Shown here: positions 49,991 to 62,669 of the stretch, piece by piece | Numbering within the stretch: the stretch's first letter is position 1 | How the letters are laid out: each line of letters starts with the position of its first letter | Assembly: GCA_963514005.1 (NCBI GenBank) | Contig: OY740813.1 | Span: forward strand, 22,444,001 to 22,508,000 | Length of the DNA: 64,000 bases | Source of the DNA: Raja brachyura | Lineage: Eukaryota | Reading direction: 5' to 3' | Program-made: the position numbers and the translations under genes | The notes under the pieces: generated by a model | The model's database searches: none | What the model saw: the letters and a program-made list of their open reading frames with translations, nothing else | Told to the model about the DNA's origin: nothing

Positions 49991-52900
49991 ATCTGCAAGA
50001 GATCCTTTGCAAATCCAAATTCTGTAATGGGGATTTGGTTCATCTCTGCAAGAAACAACGGAGAGATGTCCATTCATTAGCCAATTTTAATTCATGAACA
50101 ACTTACAACTTCCATGGTGTTTTTGATTTGGTTAAACATCCAAAGGTATTTGAACCACTGGAAATACAAGGAGAAACGGCCAAAGGCTTAACCAAAGACC
50201 TTCTTTGAAAGAGCATCTTAAAGGGAGAGGCATGTCCAGATCGTTGATCTCGGGTAGTCAGAGATAGGCAATGCTGAGGCAAAGAGAAGGAAGAGTTGGG
50301 TCAAACAAACTCACAATGCAGAATAAGCAAGGAAGAGATTACTTTTTTACCTTCGATCAGAGTGAAGAGGTGGGGTGGGAGATTGCAACCTTCACGTGGT
50401 CCGCCCTGTTTCGACGAATGCAATGAACCCGGCGTGCACAATCAAGTAAGAACAAATAGAACAAGTTGTCCTACAACTTTAGGCTGTGCACGCCATATGC
50501 AAGACGGAGAAGAGTGAGGAGGTGCCTGGAGGAGAGTCACTGTGATGGAAGTTTGTATTAAATTGTGTTTAATTGTGTGTTTTGTTGCTTTTTTACTGTT
50601 GTGATGTATGGCAACAACATTTCATTCAAACTTGTTTTTGAATGACAAATAAAGAAATTCAATTCAATTCAATTCAATAAAATAACAGGTAGGTGCATAA
50701 ACTGTGTAATACTTAGTCTTTATCGAACCGCAATTCAAAATCCTGTTAAATCCTTTTACTGTTCCTGAATGTATGTATTTGCTGTTATTGCCACAGCAAA
50801 GTAGATTAATTCATAGATTTCAATGCTCCAAAATATATTTTCATTTGTCAGAGAAAGTGGCACTATAATGAACAAAACAACTTTTGAGTTTGATGTGCTC
50901 AAAGAGTTAAAAAATATTAAAGATTGTACATAAAATGTACTTTGATTCACAATGTCTGTTCAAATGCCAATATGCCTGCATGTACTTGCTATCTTTGTGA
51001 CCTTCTCCTGACAGGCCTTTACACAATGTTTGAAAACTCTTTTACCCAGCTATCAGCTCTCTTCAAAGCTGACACTGCAAAGGTTTGTTTCAATCAATAC
51101 TTGTCAATGCACAAATTAGATTTTGCAAAGTTACAGCCTGAATATTTCCCAATCAGGTATAAAAAGTACGGGGAGGAAGCTTGGCCAAACAGCAAGCAGT
51201 TTATGTAAATCAGCTTAAACGTTCACAGGCAAACAAACATTTATTTTGCTTTTGAAATGCTCTCCTAATTTGAGTGTATGACAATGAAAGAGGAGTAGGC
51301 TGAACCAAAGGGTGGCTTAACTGCTGCCTAACTGCATAAATATTCAGCTGAAGATTACAGGATTCATGTTCAGCCTTCTTAGGTTTCTCCAAAATCCACA
51401 TAGCATTCGAGGGAACAAAACTAGTGAGCAGATGTCAAACAATGAATGCTGCAGTCTGTCTTTCCTTTCTCTCCATCAGTACTTAGCCCTTTTATTTTCT
51501 CAGTCAATATGGCTGGGTCGCTGAATGGTTTTCCTATAGACTCACTGCAATGTAACCACAGATCTATGCACAGGACTGCTGTCAGTATTCCCAAATTTCC
51601 CAATGAAAGAGCATTATGCTAATTTTCCGTCTCTAACTCAATCTCTCCTGCTAGCCTCAAATGAAAATCCGTTGGAGTATCCCAAGTCCCTGCCTTCATT
51701 TCTAGCCTGTTCTGGTCGCCTTAGGGCCCCTGCTGCTTGTTTTGACAGTGGATCCCCCCAGATAGTTGGGATTAGCAGTGCTTGTTTAGATAAACTTGAA
51801 TCAAGGCTTCCCAATGTTGAAGATAGACATAGCAGTGGAGATTTCAGCTACCATATTCTTTCATCCAGATAAACTTGCATTTGCAAATAGTTATTCAAAC
51901 CAGGGGCTACGTCAAAGAAAAATAATACTGAGAAAATAGTTTTTCTTAATTCTTCTCTGCCGATTTTGGAAGACTTCTGAGTGTTTTAAACAAAACAAGT
52001 ACATGCCGCACTACTGTCTCTCGGAGAGTTGTTAAACAGGGAGCACTCACATACTTTCTTCCTGAAAACTGAAGCATGTCTAATCTGCCTTTGCTATTCA
52101 GACTAGGGAGTTATACAACGTAATCATTTGTATACCCCTCCATTCATTGAGAGGTAGACTTTAAGCCTTTATCATAATTTCCGGATTTCAAATTAAGCAA
52201 ATGGAATTTGTGTCGCAAAAAAATCTATTAAACAGTATAAAATTTTAAAAATGCATTTGTTTTTCTTAGTTGTACCATTTGTTCCGAAATTGGTTTAATC
52301 ATCTAGAAAACACTTGTTCAAATCCACCAAAGTAGATGGACAATTTAGTTTAAATTTCTAAAAAATTGTTGACAAAAGGTCGATGACATCAATAAAATGG
52401 ATTGCGTTGCTATCATATGGTTAGAAAAACGCAACACATTTACTGATGGTCTTAAAAACGAAACATGCCATGGTGCAAACCCAATTGTTGCTTCAGTCAA
52501 CCAGCAAGATGCCTGGGCAAGGGACAACTGGAATGCCATTGAGAGTTGGGCTGAGAGGTAGAACTCTCTTCTTTGACCACTGTTACAATGCAGCTCTCAC
52601 AACGTTGGTAGACACAAAATGCTGGAATAACTCAACAGGACAGGCAGCATCTCTGGAGAGAAGAAGGAATGGGTGACGTTTCGGGTCAAGACCCTTCTCA
52701 AGACTTCTCACAATGTTGGCATCTGTAGCAAGATGCTTGCGTGAGCAGTGCCATACCTTGATTGCAGCTACATGAACATTTACCATTACTTTTTTTTGTG
52801 GTTTTCTCATGATTTGCATCTCAGCAATGGGTCAGGCATTTCAAAGAGAGTTTTTTTTTTTTAAGTCAACAATGTTCATCAGAAAGGTCAGAGATTCACA

Positions 52901-53289
52901 TCCAGTGCCCCAAAATCTCTTTCCCACCTCAAAATGGTGATATGAATATCACTGTACTTTAATTGGTACACGAGACAATAAAAGGCATTTGAAACCTTTG
53001 AATGACAAATCATGATTCCGATGGGCTCTGCTTCTCTGGATCCTTTATCTCAGCTGAAGCAACAACAGTTGAATAGCATGATTCTTTTTTTACACACCAA
53101 ACTGGTACATAGGACAGTGCGGCTGCCAATGGTATTACAAGCACTCACAAAATTTTGAATTTGCCTTTTGGAAAAACTGCTTTAACCAGAGAACGCGGCT
53201 TCTAGTATATGATTTTAGACTTTGCAAATACAGGATAATTTTTCAAACGTAAAAACTGAAAGTGGCATCATAGGGTGGAGAAGGCATAC

Positions 53290-56200
53290 AGTTTAGTTTA
53301 GTGCATTATTGTCATGAGCATCGAGCTACAGTGAAAAACATTTGTTTGCGTGCTAAATGCATGGAAAAGACTATACATGAACACGATCAAACTGTCCACA
53401 GTAGATAATTAAGGATAAAGGGTACAACAATTGGGGCAAGATCTAACATTGAAGTTCGATAAGGCTGAATAAAGATAGTTCAAAGGTCTCCAATGAGGTC
53501 AAGACTTCAATCCAGTGAATGAGAGAACCATCTATTTGCTTGATAACAGCTGGGAAGAAAGGATTCCTGAATCGGGAAGTATGCATTTTCAGGCTTCTGT
53601 ACTGTGTACCTGATGGGAGAGGAGTGAACGGGGGTGAGACTGGTCTTTAAGGCCAAGGCAGCGTGAAGTACATGGAGTCAATGGAAGGGAGGTTGGTTTG
53701 CGTGATGGTCTGGGATACAACCACAACTCTCTGGAATTTCTTGCAGTCTTGACTGGAGCTGTTCACAAGCCAGGCTGTGATGCATCCCACTAAAATGCTT
53801 TCAACAGAGCAACTGTAGAAGTTGGTGAGGGTTGTCAAGTCAAGTCAAGAGAGTTTATTGTCATATGTCCCAGATAGGACATTGAAATTCTTGCTTGCTG
53901 CAGCACAACAGAATATTGTAGGCATAAATACAGATCAGTGTGTCCATTTACCATAGGATATATATATACACACATAAATAACCATATAACCATATAACAA
54001 TTACAGCACGGAAACAGGCCCTCTCGGCCCTTCCAGTCCGTGCCGAAATAAACAGATAAAGTGCAATAGGCTGTTATAGTTCAGAGTTTGTTTGAAGTTT
54101 TGTTTAATAGCCTGATGGCTGTGGGGAAGAAACTGTTCCTGAACCTGGATGTTGCCGATTTCAGGCTTCTGTACCGTCTACCTGATAGCAGCGGAGAGAT
54201 GAGTGTGTGGCCAGGATGGTGTGTGCCTTAATGATGCTGCCAGCCTTTTGAGGCAGCGACTGCGATAGATCCCTTCGATGGTAGCGAGGTCAGAGCTGAT
54301 GATGGACTGGGCAGTGTTTACAACTTTTTGCAGCCTTTTCCGCTCCTGGACACTCAGTTTGTCATACCAAGCCACGATGCAACCGGTCAGCAAGCTCTCT
54401 ACTGTGCACCTGTAGAAGTTCGAGAGAGTCCTCCTTGACACACCGACTCTCCATAATCTTCTCAGGAAGTAGGAGCGCTGATGTGCTTTCTTTATGATTG
54501 CATCAGTGTTCTGGGAGCAGGGGAGATCTTCGGAAATATGTACGCCCAGGAATTTGACCATCGACCCGTTGATATAAACGGGACGGTGGGTCCCCATCCT
54601 ACCCCTTCCGAAGTCCACAATCAGTTCCTTGGTTTTGCTGGTGTTGAGAGCCAGATTATTGTGCTGACACCAGTTGGTCAATTAGTCGATCTCACTTCTA
54701 TACTCTGACTCGTCCCCTTCAGTGATACGTCCCATAACAGTGGTGTCGTAGGCGAACTTGATGATGGAGTTCGCTCTATGTCCAGCTATGCAGTCATGAG
54801 TATAGAGTGAGTACAGCAGGGGGCTGAGCATGCAGCCTTGAGGTGCTCCCGCGCTGATTGTTATCGAGGATTACACATTTCCACCAATACGAACAGACTG
54901 TGGTCTGTGAATGAGGAAATCGAGGATCCAATTGCAGAGGGATGCGCAGAGACCCAGATGTGAGAGCTTCGTAACCAGCTTGGAGGGGATGATGGTATTA
55001 AATGCCGAGCTGTAGTCAATGAATAACAGCCTGACATATGAGTTTTTGTTGTCCAAGTGGTCCAGAGCTGAGTGACGAGCCAGTAAGATCGCATCCATGG
55101 TTGATCTGTTGCAGCAGTACGAGACCTGCAGTGGGTCCAGTATTTTGTCGAGGTAGGAGTTGATTTGCGCCATGAACAGCCTCTCAAAGCACTTTCTTCA
55201 TCACCACAGACGTTAGTGTCACTGGTCGATAGTCATTGAGGCAAGTCTCTTTGCTCTTCTAGAGCACCGGTTTTATTGATGCCCTTTTAAAGTAGGTGGG
55301 AACCTCAGAGTTCAGAAGTGAGAGGTAGAAAATGTCCGTAAAAACTCCAGCCAGTTGGTGCGCACAGGTTTTTAGAACACGGCCGGGAATACCAGGTGCT
55401 TTCCGAGGTTTCTGAAGGATCTTCTGACGTCGGCCTCTGTGACTGTGACCGAAATACCATCACGGCGAATGGGGGCTCGGGAAGGCACATCAGTGTTCTC
55501 CCTATCAAAGCGTGCGTAAAACGCATTGAGCTTGTCAGGGAGTGATGCTTCACTGACATTTGAGCTGCCTCCTGATTTCGCCTTGTAGGAGGTGATTGTA
55601 TTCAGGCCCCGCCTCAGTTGCCGAACATCCGTCTCATCCTCTAGCTTGGAGCAGAAGTCCCTTTTGGCCTTTTTGATGGCCTTACCAAGGTCGTATCTGG
55701 ACTTCTTGTAGACCTCTGTAACTCCAGACCTGAATGCCCGGGTTCTGGTCTTCAGAAGAATGCGGATCTCATGGTTTATCCAAGGCTTCTGGTTAGGAAA
55801 CATTCGGAAGGTTTTTGTTGGGATGCAGTCCTCCACACATTTCTTTATGAAGTCTGTAGTGACCGTGGCGCATTCATTCAGGTCCGTTGCCGAATCCCTG
55901 AACATTGCCCAGTCTACATACTCCAAACAGTCCTGAAGTTGTTCCTCTGCCCCACCCCGACAAGCTCTGAACAGTCCTCACCTCTGGGGGTGCGCTCTTC
56001 AATTGCTGCCTGTAGGCAGGGAGAAGCAGCACCACGGTATGGTCAGATTTACCGAAATGAGGGCGAGAGATAGAGCCATAGGCATCCTTGATAGTCATGT
56101 AGCAGTGGTCGAGGGTCTTTGGTCCTCTAGTACTGCAGGAGACATGTTGGTGGAAGTTGGGGAGCGATTTCTTCAGGTTGGCTTTGTTGAAGTCCCCGGC

Positions 56201-57480
56201 TACGGTGGTAAATGCCTCGGGGTAAGCCGTTTGGTGTTTGCTGACCACGGCGTGCAGCTGCTCCAGTGCCAGACGGACGTCTGCCTGGGGTGGGATGTAG
56301 ACCATGGTCAGGATGATGGAGGAATATTCCCTCGGTAGGTAGAAGAGACGGCACTTCACCGCCAGATGTTCGAGGTGTGGAGAGCAGGAGTTGGAAAGGA
56401 CTGCCACATCTGAGCACCATGAAGAGTTGACCATGAGCCAGACGCCCCCTCCTCTCCCTTTCCCAGATGCCTGCATACGCCCCATTTGGTGGATGGAGAA
56501 CCCTTCAGGCTGGACCGCTGGGTCTGGGGAGCTGGAGGTGAGCCATCTCTCTGTGAAACAGAACATCGAGCATTCCCTCAGCTCCCTTTGGTAAAGCAGC
56601 CTTGCCCTTAAGTCCTCCACTTTGTTTTCTAGTGACTGTACATTGGCCAGTAGGATGGTAGGGAGAGGGGGCCGAAGTCCCCTACGCTTCAGTCTTACTT
56701 GTAGTCCTGCCGCCACGTCCTACTCCATGAAGCCCTCCTCGGTGTTTAAAGGTACAGTACTTGCGAGTCTCCGCAAGGTCGGGGATTCCCCTGCGATCAG
56801 GAATTCCCTTACAGTCGGCACCTCCAGCTCCGTTGCTGCTGGGAGATCCTGCCCGACGGCCTCGATTCCAGACTCCATGAAGGCTTCCCTGGTGTTTACA
56901 GGTGCAGTACTTATTGTACCTGCTCGCCTCCGTGAGGTTGGGGATCCCCCTCCGTTCGGGGATTCCCTTACCGTCGCTCTCTTCGGTAGTTCGCAGTAGC
57001 GTTAATGCATTTAAATGCGTTAGCAGCTCGCTACTTACATCGTTGATTTCTGCAGATTCTTTGACACAGGTGAGCTCAGAAATAATATATTTGAAGATTT
57101 TCTGCTGTACCGCTGGCAAAATGCCTCCGCAGGTAGGCGCCATCTTAGAGGTTGTTGGGGACATGTCAAACTTCCTCAGCCTTCGAAGGAAGTAGAGGCA
57201 TTGGTGTGGTTTCTTGGCCATTGCTTTGACCTGGCTGGTCCAGGAAAAATTGCTGGTGATATTTATTTCTAGGAACTTGAATTTCTTTACCATCTCTATT
57301 TCGGCGCCGGTAATGTATACTGGGCTGTGTCCAATATTCCGCTTCCTGAATTCAATGACAATCTCCTTGTGTCTTGCTGACATTCAGGGAGAGGACATGT
57401 TGCTGACATTGACCAAATTATAAACCTCCTTTCTGCACTCCATCTCGTCATATCTGGCTTACTAAGGTGGTGTCGTCTGG
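53290..57480 (-). mobile_element. Older Rex1/Babar LINE (53290-53835 and 57150-57480) split by a younger Rex1 insertion
   Basis: RT C-terminus LYFLRRLRKFDMSP (57150-57380) continues as TTLTNFYSCSVESILVGCITAW (53647-53838) across the insert. Confidence 0.88.
53836..57149 (-). mobile_element. Near full-length (3.3 kb) Rex1/Babar LINE: APE endonuclease and RT, frameshifted
   Basis: EN ORF 55874-56716 (LLANVQSL, GDFNKA, LDHCY, SDH); RT pieces 55372-55926, 54871-55173 (DYSSAFNTI), 54178-54681; (cttga)n tail at 53836; 5' end AAGATGGCG; ggttgt duplicated at 53830-53835 and 57150-57155. Confidence 0.95.
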
Positions 57481-58605
57481 AAAAATGCAGTGTTAAGATT
57501 CGTGAAGAAAATTTTGAATTGAACTGTTTTGAATTCAAAACCGTGACCTCCAAATGGAGGGAATATGGCTATATTTGCACGGTCACTTTCCAATTATGCA
57601 ATGATTACAAATTATTACAACTACTACTGGATTTGCACCAAGGAAATCTATCCTGATATCAATATTTTGTGTTAGGATTCAGTATGAGCAGTGTGCCTGA
57701 ATTTTGAATGCTCTGCTGAAGTTTATAAAACTGCCCCACAAGTCCTGTCCACCAACAGGACAAATATATGGCAATAGAACTGGACTACCAATGTGCTGAA
57801 AATCTACTGAGGAGTGAAATCAAACAGTGGAATGTACAAATTTATGGGGGGTTTTTATTTGTTTTGCTCATTTCCCGATTTACAAAGCCAAATGTTCATA
57901 AAACAAAACGTCTGGGTGAAATGCATCATAGGTATTTTGGTAGAGTTTATTCCGATAAGCAGAAAATGGAGCACAATTCACCATCATACATCAATAAATT
58001 GAAAACATGTTCCCCAAGGAGTTAATGTTATTACAGTGAAAAGTTAGAAATCTTGTCTGCATAAGTTGTGGATTGCAAGTAATGTTAAATGTCTATTCAA
58101 CTCACTAGAGCATGACTATGCCACCACGTTATACAATTGATAATGTTGCGTGCAGTTTCAGTTGTCCAGCTATAGGAAGGAGGTCATTAAGCTGGAAAGG
58201 GGGCAGAAAAAAATTGCCAGGATGTCACCGGGACTGAAAGGCTGGAGTTATTAGGAGAGACTGGATAGGCAGGGACTTCTTCCTCTAGAGTTTAGGAGGT
58301 TGAGGGATGACTGTACAGAGGGTCATCAAGAGTGCCAGAGTTAAGATGGATAATCATAGTCTTTTTCCCCAGAGTATAAAACCTAAAACTGGATTTGGAT
58401 AAAAGGGGAAAGATTTGAAAAGGAACTTAGGGGCAAGTTTTATCAAAGAGGATGGTGGGTACATGAAACAAGCTGACAGAGGAAGTGGAGTCACAGAGTC
58501 ATACAGCAGGGAAACAGACCCTTTGGCCCAACTCAGCCATTCAAACCCAGATGCCCCATCTAAGTTAGTCCCATTTGTCCTCGTTTGGCCCACAGTCCTC
58601 TAAAC

Positions 58606-59034
58606 CAGGAGTCAGCAACGAATGCGGCCCATTAGCCAAAATTATTAATAATTATCCGGACTGTCGTTTGCCGAGCGCGGCCGAGCACCGAGCGTGGAGC
58701 TCTGGCTGCACCGCATCCTGCGCAAAGCCGCCGGCACGGCCGCGCATCCTCTGTGAACTCGTTTAAGAAAGAACTGCAGATGCTGGAAAAATCGAAGGCA
58801 GACAAAAATGCTGGAGAAACTCAGCGGGTGAGACATGCAAGGATTGCATGCGGCTGCCTCATCCGCTGAGTTTCTCCAGCATTTTTGTCCACCTTCTGTG
58901 AACACGAGATTTGATGCCTGCCATCAGGGGCGGGATGGGGGCGGGATCCATGTGGTCACGTGATAGACATGGCCCACCATCCACTCACAGACATGCGTCC
59001 TGGCCCCTATGCAGAACAAGGTTGCCGACCCCTG
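58606..59034. mobile_element. hAT (Charlie-like) MITE with 8-bp TSD, carrying a Penelope fold-back insert (~58765-58897)
   Basis: TIRs CAGGAGTCAGCAAC / GTTGCCGACCCCTG; TSD ctctaaac at 58598-58605 and 59035-59042, close to the Charlie NTCTAGAN target preference. Confidence 0.9.
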
Positions 59035-59084
59035 CTCTAAACATTTCCTATCTGTATACCTGTTCAAGTACCTATGAAATATTT

Positions 59085-59163
59085 TAAGCTACAAGAGGAG
59101 GTAGTTGAGGCAGGTACCTCAAATATTGAGGTACCTGCCTCAACTACTTCCTCTTGTAGCTTA
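59085..59163. repeat. Near-perfect inverted repeat (38-bp arms, 3-nt loop)
   Basis: taagctacaagaggaggtagttgaggcaggtacctcaa-ata-ttgaggtacctgcctcaactacttcctcttgtagctta; one mismatch. Confidence 0.95.
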
Positions 59164-59477
59164 TTCCATATACCCACCATCCTCTGAGTGAAAAAGTTGC
59201 CCTGCAAGTCCATATTAAATCTTGCCACTCTCAGCTATGTCCTTTTTTCCTTGGTTCCCCGAGCCTGGGTAAAAGACCCTGCATTTGCCCTCATGATTTT
59301 AGACACCTCTATGAGATCAAACGTCAGCTCCCTGTACTCCTGTGGTCCTATGGTTGACTCAGGTACAATTACAATGTATAAAATACATTTAGACAGCTAC
59401 ATGGATAGGAAAGATTAAGAGAGATATAGGCCAAACACAGGGAAACACAGAGAGATCAGAAAAACATTCTGGTTTTG

Positions 59478-60065
59478 TTAAGTTTAGTTTAGAGATACAG
59501 TGCGGAAACAAGGCCATCGGCCCATGGAGTCCACATCGACCAATGATCCTCGTACATTAACATTATCCTACACTAGGGACAATTTACATTTATAAATTAA
59601 ACTACAAACCTGTCCGTCTTTGTAGTGTGGGAGGAAACCGAAGGTCTCGGAGAAAACGCATGCAGGTCACGGGGAGAACGTACAAACTCCATACAGATAG
59701 CACCCATAGTCAGGATCTTTGGCGCTGTGAGGCAGCAATTCTGCTGCTGCTCCACCATGCCGCACCCCCATTCGGTTGACATGGATGAGTTTGGCCGAAG
59801 AGCCTGTTTCCATAGAAACATAGAAATTAGGTGCAGGAGTAGGCCATTCGGCCCTTCGAGCCTGCACCGCCATTCAATATGATCATGGCTGATCATCCAA
59901 CTAAGTATCCCGTACCTGCCTTCTCTCCATACCCTCTGATCCCCTTAGCCACAAGGGCCACATCTAACTCCCTCTTAAATATAGCCAATGAACTGGCCTC
60001 AACTACCCTCTGTGGCAGAGAGTTCCAGAGACCCACCACTCCATGCTGTATAACTCTATTATTCT
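59478..60065 (-). mobile_element. SINE (59478-59765) followed by a young CR1 3' end (59811-60040)
   Basis: (tttag)n-agagatacagtgcggaaac; (catagaaa)n-ttaggtgcaggagtaggccattcggcccttcgagcc. Confidence 0.85.
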
Positions 60066-60684
60066 ATATTATTAGTGCAGCTGTCTTAATACCACTGCAA
60101 GAATAAGATGAACTGTCAACTGTTGGTTTAAGTGAAACTCAAGCAATATAGCCATTTTATGAAGAGGTATTTTAACCTGCTGCAGTTAAATGGGAAGAAT
60201 TTGATGTGTTATATAATTTTCAAGCAAGATTACTATCCCTTACATGCGCTGCCTTCAGCAAATTGACAGTGACATTATGGTTTTTGCCAGCTTTTTCATT
60301 TCCTTCTAATTATTTGCACAACGGAACTTTGGAAAAATAATTACAAAACTAATTTAACTGAATTTTTTTTAAATCCTAGAGCCGGGTGTTGTACAAAATA
60401 TGCTCTGAAGTTTATTATGTGCACAAACTTTGTGAAGAAATATTGCCACATCACAGACTTGGGCAGAGGCAGGAAAGCCAGCCTGCATTGCAAAAGTTTA
60501 GCCGTCCAGGGGACAATGATGGGGAATGATCTATCTCTTTGGACCCCAGTCTTCTCCCGCATTACAGCTGGTTAGGAAGTCCCTAGGTTCTGAACCAGCA
60601 ACAAAGAAGCAATGTAAAAATGATATGCACATTGGAGTGGAAAATGCAGATATTCCTGCACACTGTTGCTCCGGTTCCAGCTTA

Positions 60685-61620
60685 GTCATAGAGTGATACA
60701 ATGTGGAAACAGGCCATTCGGTCCAACTCGTCCACACCGGCTAACAATGTCCCAGCTACCCTAGTCCCACTTGCCCGCACATGGCCCATAACCCTCCAAA
60801 CCTGTCCTATCCATGTACCTGCCTAACAGTTTCTTAAACGATGGGATAGTTCCAGCCTCAACTACCTCCTCTGACAGCTTGTTCCATGCACCCACCACCC
60901 TCTGTGCGAAAAAGTTACCCCTCGGATTCCTATTAAATCTTTTCCCTTTCACCTTGAACCCATGTCCTCTGGTCCTCGATTCCCCTACTCTGGGTAAAAG
61001 ACTCTGCATCAGCTGCATCTGTGCAGCTTCAATCCACATCCCAAAGAAGGGCAGATTTGTAGGTTAAATGGCCTCTGTAAACTGTTCCTAGTATGTAGGG
61101 AGTGGATGAGAAAGCCAAATAACACAGAAATAGTGTGAACAAGTGATTGCTGGTCGGCGTAGATTCAGTGGGCTGAAGGGCCTGTTTCCATGCTGCATTT
61201 CAATGGGTTTTACTCAAGATTCCAATATCTGTAGTTCTTTGTGTCCTCGCAGCTTTAGACTACCTGCCTCAATATCCACAACACCACCAGATTTTATGTC
61301 GACAAACTTACTAATCATACCTCGTACATTCACATAAATGTATGTATCGCTAATATTTATCATAAACACAAGGGTCCCAGGACCAACCCCTGCAATATGC
61401 CAGTGGTCACAGAATTCCAGTTAGAAAGGCGTCCTTCCACCATTACCCTCTGCCTCTTCCCATCAAGTCAAATTTGGACCCAATTAGCCTGCTCACCTTG
61501 GATCGCACATCTTAAATTACTGGACTAGCCTATCATGCAGGATAATGTCCATATAGGCAACAAGTACCACCCTGCCTTCATCAATCTTCTTAGTTAACTC
61601 CTCAAAACATTCAATCAAGC
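60685..61620. mobile_element. CR1 3' fragment (-, 60685-61010), SINE fragment (+, ~61030-61205), degraded CR1 RT (-, ~61260-61620)
   Basis: ORF 60761-61039 has ESRTRGHGFKVKG...FFAQRVVGAWNKL; agggtcccaggaccaacccctg is the reverse of the QG.VLGP motif. Confidence 0.8.
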
Positions 61621-62669
61621 AATTAAGCAACATAATAGAGTAGTAATGAAGAGTAATGGCAGCCTCGTCTTATATTCGTTTCTTGAGAATTTTATAGCAA
61701 CTGCATCCTGGTACACACTTTGACGTTTAGTTTTATGGTTGTTCACAGCATTTCCCCATAGTAAGTTAAAACAAATAAAAATAATTTCAGCAGTTAATAA
61801 TCACAGCGCAGTTAATAATCATTTAATATGTGCTCAGTGTTATTTTTCAGTGTTTCCAATTAAAAGCATAAAGACTAAAAGCAGATATTGTTGCCTGCAG
61901 CACTTTAGAGTTCTAAAAAAAAAATCTCCTGTCTTCAAAGACACACACGCAAAGGAAAAATTGGAAAGTACTGCACTAGACTCTTTGGTGCAGAATATAA
62001 CAAAGTGTCATGAGGGAAGTCAAGATGTAGACATTACAAATCCCTAGTTGAGCTACACAAGATTTCTAAAAGAGAGATTAAAGAAAGGAATTTCTGTTTT
62101 GTAAAAGTTGTACACTTCAGCAGATTAGGTTGCTTTTCAACTAAGGCAGTCAATTAAAATGTCAGCAGTTTATAATAAATAGATGTGGTGGTGAGCATAA
62201 GAAGCCAAAAGCAAGGTCTCAGGTGGTTAGAGATTTCTGGTCAAAGAAATAAGCGGGGAAGTGAAAGGCAGTGGAAGAGGACAACATTATGTCAGACTTT
62301 GAATTCATTAAGATGCAGGGGATATTGCCAAGGCCTTTGCAAAGTCATCATTTAGGATCAGACTAGAAGAGCCTTAGTCTGAATTTGGTTTTGAAGTGTT
62401 GAATTTAGGAAGTGTATGATGGCAATTTCCCCAGTACAAAGCAAGCATTAAGAAAATGTGGCATCTAAAAAAACTTCAATTGAAAACAAAAAACAGAAAA
62501 GCCATTGGCATAAGGGGAGATAGATGTGGCCACAAGAAATAGAAAATGTCAGGCCTAAGATCAATAAACTAAAACAGTAATTCTGTTTCTTTCTTCACAA
62601 ATGCTGATTGATTTGCTGATCATTTGCAGTATTCTCCTGAAAATACTGTGCCCCATTAGATAGGCAGAT

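Larger units (their letters stand above)
58120..59440. mobile_element. Nested CR1 3' fragments (+ 58120-58480, - 58490-59340, + 59350-59440)
   Basis: CR1 3' coding motifs and tails on both strands. Confidence 0.75.

Noticed and set aside
52374-52562. Open frame of about 60 codons (...QQDAWARDNWNAIESWAER)
   Set aside because: No polypyrimidine acceptor and no recognisable family; within chance expectation.
56682-57383. 233-aa ORF as a novel gene
   Set aside because: It is a chimera of the old Rex1 RT C-terminus and the 5' end of the younger nested Rex1.
59090-59135. let-7 family microRNA gene
   Set aside because: Only the 7-nt seed matches; the same sequence occurs in other CR1 copies (e.g. 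reversed at ~60855-60870).
60380-60570. Plus-strand open segment between tag and gt
   Set aside because: Antisense, unrecognisable translation, weak splice sites.
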